Assembly (NCBI RefSeq): GCF_022539665.2
Contig: NC_081333.1
Location: 10,292,001 to 10,356,000, forward strand
Length of the DNA stretch: 64,000 bases
DNA from: Daphnia carinata
Lineage: Eukaryota
Direction of reading: 5' to 3'
Shown: positions 27,976 through 36,860 of the stretch, in pieces
Numbering within the stretch: position 1 is the stretch's first letter
Layout: the number at the start of each line of letters is the position of its first letter
The notes under the pieces: model-generated
The model's input: only the letters and a program-made list of their open reading frames with translations
Told to the model about the DNA's origin: nothing
Database searches by the model: none
Position numbers and translations under genes: made by a program

Positions 27976-28420
27976 AAAAAATGGGCCGGCCCATGCTAGT
28001 ACTTGACGAGCACAACCAGTAACCCATCGCAGTGTGCATGTAAGTAGGGAACAGAGGAACTCCCGTACATCCCCGGGCGTCCCACCCAGAGCGACTAAGG
28101 TAATCTGATTCGTGGTGGATCTGAATCTCGAGCGTAGAAGAGAATTTCGTGTAAACTCGCATGATTACGTATATGTACCAAACATATCCATGTATACCCC
28201 CTCCTGTCTCCCCACGGGGGCATATCATGAATAGCAAGATATGCGGACGGGACATCCTCGCTTAATCATGGTCCTCGAATACCTCCCACTCTCTAGCTCT
28301 ATCATCACTGGACGTCTCAGCTCCCTGTTCCTTCCCTACATGCCCATACAACACAGTGGGGCTAGTTGCGAATTCAAGTCGGTTTATGAATGAACCGGGA
28401 AATTAAGGCAGGTCGTGTGC
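27976..28420 (-). ncRNA. Candidate structured ncRNA gene, copy 1 (family unassigned)
   Basis: GC-rich island in AT-rich DNA. PSEA-like element ~40-45 nt upstream, long 5'/3' stem with several G-U pairs valid only on the minus strand, terminal hairpin ATGGGCCGGCCCAT followed by T6. Confidence 0.5.
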
Positions 28421-28460
28421 AGATCTCATCACGCCATTGCCTATAATTCCAACTTCATTC

Positions 28461-28481
28461 GCCTTTAGCACTAGGGAATTA
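28461..28481 (-). promoter_or_regulatory. snRNA-type PSEA-like element
   Basis: TAATTCCCTAGTGCTAAAGGC (21 bp) resembles the insect PSEA (TAATTCCCAACTGGTTCTAGC-type, from memory). An AT-rich AATTATAG follows after 12 bp. Second copy at 32250-32270 (TACTTCCCTAATGCTAAAGGC). Confidence 0.45.
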
Positions 28482-29162
28482 TCAAACTATAATTGCCCTA
28501 ATCGTTAGCATCTCCGACCCATCTGTAATGTGCTTCACCTTCCCTTTTATACCGCGTATTTTTTTTTTACAAAACACCGTTAACAACTTCACCGTTTTTC
28601 CGCATATAGTTGAATAGTAACTATTTTTATATTTCAAAAACCAATAAATGAACTTTATTTTTCAGCACTCTTTCAACTATCCAGCAGAAAAAAAAGGCGA
28701 TACTTCAGCTTTTAAAATTATTTTTGACATAACAAAACGATTGTACAGTACCTAAATCCTAACGGTGTTTAGGAATATTAAAGTTTTACTCCGCGTAAAA
28801 AAACACTCCGCATAATCTTTCTTATAAGTAAAATTACGCAGAGTGTTTCTATCTAGGCTATCGTCATATCTATAGGAGCTATAGAGGAAGAAATTATGTG
28901 ATTGGAAAATTTGGAAAATTCGATATCACTACTACAGAGGACTAACATAGCTTAAGTTAATGATTTAATGTCTGAAAATGCGAACTTCATCATCTGTTTA
29001 TGCGGTCAGATAAAGTGCAAGCTCGTCTGCTGGACTGGAAAAACAACGACCTGGGTGTTTACCCAAGTTGTAATATTTATCACTTAATTAGTTTTGTTTT
29101 CCAAAAATGTCGGTTCAAACAAAGAACATAAAAATGAATAAGGACGAAGATGCTGCATCACT

Positions 29163-31104
29163 GATTGTGTGAAAACAAATGTTCAAGTGAATGATTGTGT
29201 GATTGTTGGATTTTGAAAGATACAGAAAAAAGTGCCAAAGCAAATCGATATCAACATTGAAGGGTGACGAGGATGAAAAAATTAAAGAATAGAGGCTATG
29301 TCAATCTGAAGGTTTACAAGATCATGAGTACTGAAAGGGTATGTATAATCAGGTTATAAATTATTTTACGTTATTTTGTTTCTTGGTTTCAGTCTTTGAA
29401 GCTGGTTAAAACCCTTTTGTGATTAAAATCCTTTTGTTTCATTTGAAAATTTAATGTGTTACATTTTTTTTCATAGGATCCAAGGGTATGAGATGCAGTG
29501 CTACTATATGTGACAAATTATTATGGAACCCCAATTCAAGGTCCCATTCATATGGTTGGGAAAGCGAAAAAGCTGTTGAACAAGCTCGTGAGGTGTTTTA
29601 CTGTAATATATATTTATGTGTGTTGTTTTCAAACTAAATTTCAAAATCCACGTAGCAAGTTGCAAGGCTAATTAATGCTGACCCAAAAGAAATAATTTTT
29701 ACATCTGGAGCCACTGAAAGCAACAACATAGCAGTTAAAGGTGTTGCAAGGTTCTACAAAATGAAAAAGAATCACATAATCACTACACAGACAGTGTGTA
29801 TCTTTATATTTTGTTTTAAAACTAGTTTGTAAATATAATTATGTGCTACCTGGTTTTAGGAACATAAATGTGTCCTGGATTCCTGGCGTGTTCTCGAAGG
29901 AGAAGGATTTGAAGTAAATTACCTACCTGTCCTCCCCAGTGGTTTAATTGATCTAAACAGCCTTCAGAGTGCCATCAGGCCGACGACTGTGTTGGTCTCG
30001 GTAATGGGCGTAAATAACGAAATTGGAGTTCGACAGCCATTGGCAGAAATAGGTAAGAAGTTGCATACAAAGAAGACAATACTCCCATTTGCTCTTACAT
30101 TTTGTTTATTTAATAGGTGCCATTTGTCGAAAGGCGAAAGTCTTTGTCCACTGTGACGCAGCTCAGGCTGTAGGCGAAATTCCTATTGATGTTGAGGCGA
30201 TGTCGGTTGATCTTATGTCCATCAGAGGACATAAGCTTTATGGCCCAAAAGGTTTCTTAATTTGCAATGGCCTTAAGAATTTCTGAATGGAACCTTCACA
30301 CGTTGCTTCTTTTCTATGAACATAGGTGTTGGTGCCCTCTACGTAAGACGTAGGCCGCGGGTCAGGATTGAAGCTTTACAGAGCGGAGATGGTCAAGAAC
30401 GAGGTTTGCGTAGTGGAACGGTTCCGACTCCCCTGACAGTTGGTCTTGGTGCTGCTTGTGATATTGCTAAGGAAGAACTTCAGGTAGTGTTAATCGTCAT
30501 AATCTTTGCAATTATTTTGTATAGGTTGTTATAAAGAGAATCAATTGTTAGTATGATCATAACAGAATCACAAAACTTTCACATCGCTTGGTCGACCAGA
30601 TAAGTAAAAGTTTACCTCATGTTATACAAAACGAAGATCCTGAACACTCCTGTCCGGGTTGTGTTAACCTGTCGTTTGCCTATGTTGAGGGTGAAAGTCT
30701 TTTGATGGCCTTAAAAGGTATCATTTTTAACATCAAATGCGTTATAAATTATTCATAACAAGTTTTTGTAATACTATAGATGTGGCACTATCAAGTGGAA
30801 GTGCGTGCACTTCAGCGTCGTTAGAGCCATCTTATGTTTTGCGCGCCATTGGCGCCGAAGAAGACTTAGCGCATTTCTTCCATTCGCTTTGGAATTGGAA
30901 GACTTACTACCGAAGCTGAAGTAGATTACACTGCGCAAAGGTGTATACATCAAGTTTCGAAACTTCGTGAAATGAGGTAGGTGTTAACTAGGTTTATGCT
31001 TCTCCAATAACAATAACAAAATAAATTTCTCATCTGTTAGTAGTTTGTGGGAAATGGCCCAAGAAGGTATTGATTTGAAGAGTATCAAATGGACGCAGCA
31101 TTAA
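29163..31104 (+). pseudogene. NFS1: Chimeric AIFM3-fragment::NFS1 pseudogene (copy 2)
   Basis: 29163-~29407 copies AIFM3 intron 1/exon 2/start of exon 3 (with TAC>TAG). NFS1 exons run from 29477 with introns retained but without exons 1-2. Lesions: 1-bp deletion at ~29530, SGHK>RGHK, GGG>GDG, 1-bp insertion at ~30876. Confidence 0.9.
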
Positions 31105-31764
31105 TTTTTTTTTTGTTTACGTACGAACATTAAAGGCATTCATGTTTAACTTCGTCCTTGTAAAATAAAGGCTCGGAAATATATACTGAAGACTGTAGTT
31201 AAGTATAATGTTTCTGATTGTGTATGGATTTATGACACAACTGGAAAATAGTAGAATATAGTGATTTATCTGTACAGTTATATTCTTTCCTTGGATAGAA
31301 ATGCGTTAAGGAGAATGCAATCCACTGACAGATTGGCGAGATCATTGATGTTTAAGATTTTGCTGTTGAGGTTCATCCTCTAAATCCGCTATCAATTTAT
31401 TTTTACCAACAAAAACTTACGGGTATCGAAGAGTGTCACATAGCTCGATGATTAGCTGCCTGCATCCATGAAACCTAGTGGCTATGGGGAATCTTGCGTA
31501 ATCCGATTATAATAAGTTTAAAATAGAATTTACGATGCCTATTTTACTCTGTAGACTCTGGTCTCATTTTGGTCGCGTAGGGTATGGTGCCGTCAGCTTT
31601 ACCTGAATCGCACAGGTAAGTTTTGACACAAACAAGGAACAACGTAATGAAACATGAACGTAAGAAGTGGGTTTCTTTACATGCAAATATTTAGTTTTCA
31701 ATTTCTAAATGTTAAAATATTATACAAAAAATAAAAATATTTTGCATTGGTTGATGTTAGGGGG

Positions 31765-32210
31765 AAAAAATGGGCCGGTCCATGCTAGTACTTGACGAGC
31801 ACAACCAGTAACCCATCGCAGTGAGCATGTAAGTAGGGACCAGAGGAATAACCGTACAGCCCCGGGTGTCCCACCCCAGAGCGCCTAAGATAATCTGATC
31901 GGTGGTGGACCTGAATCCAGATCGTAGAAGAGAATCTCGTGCAGACTCCCATGATTACGTATATATACCGAACATATCCATGTATACCCCTCCCCTCTCC
32001 CCACGGGGGCATATCATGAATACCAAGGTATGCGGACGGGACATCCTCGCGTAATCACGGTCCTCGACCACCTCCCATTCTCCAGATCTAGACCACTGGA
32101 CTTCTCAGCTCTCTGTTCCTTCCCTACATGCCCATACAACACGGTGGGCCTTGGTTGTGAATTCAAGTCGGTTCATGAATGAATCGGGAAATTAAGGCAC
32201 TTGGTGTCCA
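31765..32210 (-). ncRNA. Candidate structured ncRNA gene, copy 2
   Basis: Diverged paralog of 27976-28420 with the PSEA-like box and T6 retained. Several substitutions keep or improve pairing (CACAACCA/TGGTTGTG; CCGTGATTACG/CGTAATCATGG). Confidence 0.5.
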
Positions 32211-32978
32211 GATCTCAACACTCGATTGCCCATAATGCCAACTTCATTCGCCTTTAGCATTAGGGAAGTATCAAACTATATCATAATTGCCCTAATCCTT
32301 AGCATCTCCGACCATCTGTAATGTGCTTCACCTTACCTTTTATACCGTGTATTTTTTCTAGAAAACATCGTTAACAACTTCACCGTTTTCCAGCACATAG
32401 TTTAATAGTAATTATTTTGATATTCCCCAAACCAATAAATGAACTTTATTTTTCTGCGCTGTTTCAACTATCCTGTAGAAAAAAAAAAGCAATACTTCAG
32501 CTTTTAAAATTATTTTTGACATAACAAAACGATTGTACAGTACCTAAATCCTAACGGTGTTTAGGTATATTAAAATTTCACTCCGCGTAAAAAACACTCC
32601 GCATAATCTTTCTTGAAATAAAAATTACGCGGAGTGTTAAAAGAAAAATTACGCGGATTGTTTCTATCTAGGAGAGATCATATCTAGGAGGATCATATCT
32701 AAAGGAGCTACAGAGGAAGAAGTTAAATGATTGGGAAATTCGGTTTAAATACTACAGAGGACTAAAAAACTTTATTTGATGATTTAATGTCTGAAATGGG
32801 AAGTTCATCATCTATTTATGCAGACGGAGAAAGTACAAGGTCGACTGCTGGACTGGAAAAACAACGACTAAACACCCAAGTTGCAGTATTTATCACTTAA
32901 TTAATTTTCTTTTTCTAAAATGTCAATTCAGACAAAGAACACCAAAATGAATAAGGAAGAAGAAAATGCCGCATCATT

Positions 32979-35063
32979 GATTGTGTGAAACAAATTTTCA
33001 AGTGAATGATTGTGGGATTGTTGGATTTTGAAAGACAGAAAAAAATGCCAAAAAAAATCTAAATTAACATTGGAGGGTGATGAGGATGAGAAAATTAAAG
33101 AATACAGGCTATGTCAGTTTGAAAATTTACAACAAAATTACTAAAGAAAGAGTATGTATAGCCAATCCATAATTTTTTTTTATGTTTTGTTTTTTTGGTT
33201 TCAGGATGAAAATGTTAGAAGCAGGTGCAAACCCATTTGTGAGTAAAACCCTTTTGTTTCATTAAAGAATTTAATGTATTCCGTGTTTATGATCTTAGGA
33301 TCCAAGAGTACTAGACGCCATGCTCCCATACATGACAAACTATTATGGAAATTCACGTTCAAAGACCCATTTTATGGATGGGAAAGCGAAAAAGCTGTTG
33401 AACAAGCTCTTGAGGTATGTTACTGTTATATATATTTATGTGTGTTGCTTTTAAACCAAATTTCAAAATCCACATAGCAAGCTGCAAGGCCAATAAATGC
33501 TGATTCAAAAGAGATCATTTTCAAATCTGGAGCCCCTGAAAGTAATAACACAGCAACCAAAGGTGTTACACAATTTTACAAAATAAAAAGAAATCATATA
33601 GTGACTACTCAAGCGGTGACTATGTTTATAGTTTGTTTTATAATTGGTTTGTAAATATAACTATGTGCAAGCTGGTTTTAGGAACATAATGTGTCCTGGA
33701 TTCCTGTTGTGTTCTTGAAGGAGAAAGATTTGAAGTAGCTTGCCTGCCTGTCCTTCTCAGTGCCATCAGGCCGACGACTGTGTTGGTCTCGGTAATGGGC
33801 GTAAATAACGAAATTGGAGTTCAACAGCCATTGGCAGAAATAGGTAAGAAGTTGCATACAAAGAAGACAATACTCCCATTTGCTCTTACATTTTGTTTAT
33901 TTAATAAGTACCGTCTGTCGAAAGGCCAAATTCTATTTCAATTGTGAGGCAGTTCAGGCTGCAAGTAAAATTCCCATTTATGTTGAGGCGATGTCAATTG
34001 ATCTTATGACAATTAGTGGACTTAGGATTTTGTGGACTTAGTGGACAAGCTTTATTATGACCAAAAGGTTCCGTAATTTGAATGGGTCTAAGAGCGTCCC
34101 CAAGTCAAAATGGAACTTGGAACAGCGGTTCAAGATAAAGTCAATGATCAAACCATCGTTGAAACAAAGGCCGAAAAAGAAAGTGTCTTCGAAGATATTC
34201 CGGAGGGCCGTTTAGGGACTCTTCGTGTTCATAGATCGGGGAAAGTAACTTTGCAAATGGGAGAACATTCATTCGTCATGGATAGTGCAACGCAAGTTTC
34301 CTATCTACAAGTACGTGGACAAAAAAAAAAATATTTCGTTTCCACGATTTGCAAAATCATAGTCTTTTTTAATATTTTCTTCTTTAATAGGATCTGATAT
34401 CGGTTGAGGTAAATGAAGAATATTGAAGTTCGAACTTCAGGTAGTGTTAATTGCCATAATCTTTGCAATTATTTTGTATTGGTTGTTATAAAAGAATTCA
34501 ATTGTTAGTATGATCAAACAGAATCACAAAACTATCACATCGCTTGATCGACCAGATAGGTAAAAGCTTAACTCATGTTATACGAAAGGGAGATCCTGAA
34601 CACTCCTATCCAGGTTGTGTTAACCTGTCGTTTGCCTATGTTGAGGGTGAAAATCTTTTGATGGCCTTAAAAGGTATCATTTAACATAAAATGCGTTATA
34701 AATTATTCATAACTCGTTTTTGTAATACTATAGATGTCGCGCTATCAAGTGGAAATGCGTGTACTTCAGCGTCGTTACAGCCATCTTTTGTTTTGCGAGT
34801 CATTGGCGCCGGAAGAAAACTTAGCGCATTCTTCTATTCGCTTTGGAATTGAAGGTTCAATACCGAAGCTGAGGTTGATTACACTACGCAAAGGTATATT
34901 ACATCAAGTTTCGAAACTTCGTGAAATGAGGTAGGTTTTAATTAGGCTTATGCTTCTAAGCTAGCTATCCAAGTAACAAAAAAAAAACTCATCTGTTAGT
35001 CCTTTGTGGGAAATAGTTCAAAAAGGAATTGATTTTAAGAGTATCAAATGAACGCAGCATTAA
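32979..35063 (+). pseudogene. NFS1: Chimeric AIFM3-fragment::NFS1 pseudogene (copy 3), interrupted by an RPC4-like fragment
   Basis: AIFM3-derived 32979-~33230, NFS1 exons from 33299. Lesions: frameshift in EHKC (gaacataatgt), ~30-bp deletion, scrambled SGHK region, loss of the [11 protein letters not shown] exon, frameshift after the catalytic Cys, terminal TGG>TGA. Confidence 0.9.
34095..34426 (+). pseudogene. POLR3D: Captured fragment of RNA polymerase III subunit RPC4 (partial exon-intron-exon)
   Basis: IPEGRLGTLRVHRSGKVTLQMGEHSFVMDSATQVSYLQ|DLISV matches the RPC4/C53 C-terminal motif (EG.lGkL.i.kSGkV.L.lG...........sflQ.lvsv). Canonical intron 34311-34390. Confidence 0.75.
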
Positions 35064-36499
35064 TTTTTTTGTGTTCACCTACGAACATTAAAGGCATTCA
35101 TGTTTAACTTCGTCCTTGTAAAATAAAGGCTCGGAAATATGTACCAAAGACAGTAGTTAAATATAATCTTTGTGATTGTGTATGGATTTACGACACAACT
35201 GGAAAATAGTAGAACATAGTGATTTATCCCTATAGTTATATTCATTCCTTAGATAGAAAATGCGATTCACTGACAGATTGGCAAGATCATTGAGTTGAAG
35301 ATTTTGCTGTTGAGGTTCATCCTCTAAATCCGCTATCAATTTATTTTTACCAACAAAAACCTGCGGGTATCGAAGAGGGTCACATAGCTCGATGATTAGC
35401 TGCCTGCATCCATGAAACCTTGTGGCCATGGGGAGACTTACCAACAAACTACAAGCTATGATTACTAATTCTCTACCTCAGTTTGTGGGTTGATGTCTAA
35501 CATGTAGTGAACGGTACTACAGATCGAGTTGTTGTGTGTGTGTGTTTTTAGTTTGCGAATTTTAGCCCCTTTATAGTAGGCATCGCTCTTCTCTTTTCTT
35601 TCTTCGAGGGCTCTCCTTTTTTTTTTCTTTCTTGAAGGTGTATTCAGCGTTGTCATTTGGTGTAGATGTTGCCCGAAGCGATGAGGATGTAGAAGTATTT
35701 TGCGAATCTTCAACCAGGATATTAAGGGCTGGGAGGTAGGAGAGTTTGGAAATTGGAGGTGGCGGGACTTGAACAAGGGGCGCCAGAATATAAAGCAAGG
35801 GCGAAAACCATTGTGCAAGGACCACACATATCAGTCAAAGTTAGCTTTCTATGTCACCCATTCAAATAGGCATCTTATGCACAATGTACAGTAAGTCGAA
35901 TGCAGCACTGTTTTATAGTTCGTGGCTGCTATGCTGATTTCATGGGTTCGAATCTTTGTGTTATTGTTAATTGTTTTTTGCTTTTAGCGACGCACTAGTG
36001 ACTGTGGGCCTGCCCAGGGACGGGGATTTCTAGCGTATTTTAACGCAATTTTTTCTTATTTAATTCTTAGTTATTACTCTGCTAATCCGTCCTCGCCATT
36101 ATTTTGCCCGTCTTATCTTTACAAAAACGCAATAACCCAAAAATAAATAAAATAAAATATCGAATGTGACAAGGTCCATTATCTTTTCAAAAGGCATTTG
36201 TCTAGCATAGCAAATATCCATGAATCATTCCGAACTTGAACCATGCCTGAGCTCCCTCCCACTCCTTCCGAATGGAGATTAAAAAGTCCTAGCAAACTGA
36301 GTATGTTGTCATGTCTCAATACAACGATGTATCCCTCCGCTGCTCTTAAAATTTGTATGATTTTTTAAATGTTTTTCTTTTAAGCTTACGATCAAAATAT
36401 TTTTTAAGAAATATTATTAATTGTGGAAGTTTAACGTTTCGGATTTTTTTTTACAATAACAATTGAACAAAAAAAAACGTTGACTAAAGAGATCCATCA

Positions 36500-36620
36500 G
36501 TAGCCGCCATCTTTAGTGGTTTGTTTCAGAAGCGTCAGTACTTGAGAAGCAGGTCTCTGTTGTCGGATCGCGGGCGCAGGTGTGGCTCCATTAATATTGT
36601 TATCAACATTAAATTCCTAG
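36500..36620 (+). promoter_or_regulatory. armadillo core promoter / non-coding exon 1 with YY1(Pho)-type motif
   Basis: GCCGCCATCTT at ~36503, Inr-like TCAGTA at ~36535, donor AG|GTATAT at 36620, acceptor TTTTTCAG at ~36820 upstream of the ATG. Confidence 0.5.
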
Positions 36621-36860
36621 GTATATGTTACAAAACTGTCATTAATTTCAATTTTGTGTTCATTTGGAACTACGTTCATTGAAAATAATTCAGATCAGAA
36701 TGGGTATTCGTTCTATCGAATCCTAAGCTGGCAAACCAATGTGTATATATTCCTATCCCAGTTGCGACACTTTGTTCGATGCAAAGTTTCTAACCCCATT
36801 TTTTTGTCCCGTTTTTCAGAGGTTTTTTCGTTGCAATAGTGCTCTATAACACGCCGCATC

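Larger units (their letters stand above)
27308..35430 (+). repeat. Tandem segmental duplication, ~3.8-kb period
   Basis: 27308-29162 aligns by eye with 31105-32978. The NFS1 body and first ~370 bp of 3' flank occur three times. Confidence 0.92.

Noticed and set aside
27968..28255. 95-aa and 75-aa (31785-32012) minus ORFs over the GC-rich island
   Set aside because: The reading frame is not maintained between the two copies, whereas base-pairing largely is.
27976..28420. Assignment as telomerase RNA, RNase MRP/P, SRP, 7SK or HDV/hammerhead ribozyme
   Set aside because: Diagnostic motifs not found by eye; left unassigned pending a covariance-model search.
29477..35063. NFS1 copies 2 and 3 as functional paralogs
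   Set aside because: They lack the targeting and first catalytic-domain exons and carry frameshifts plus PLP-site lesions.
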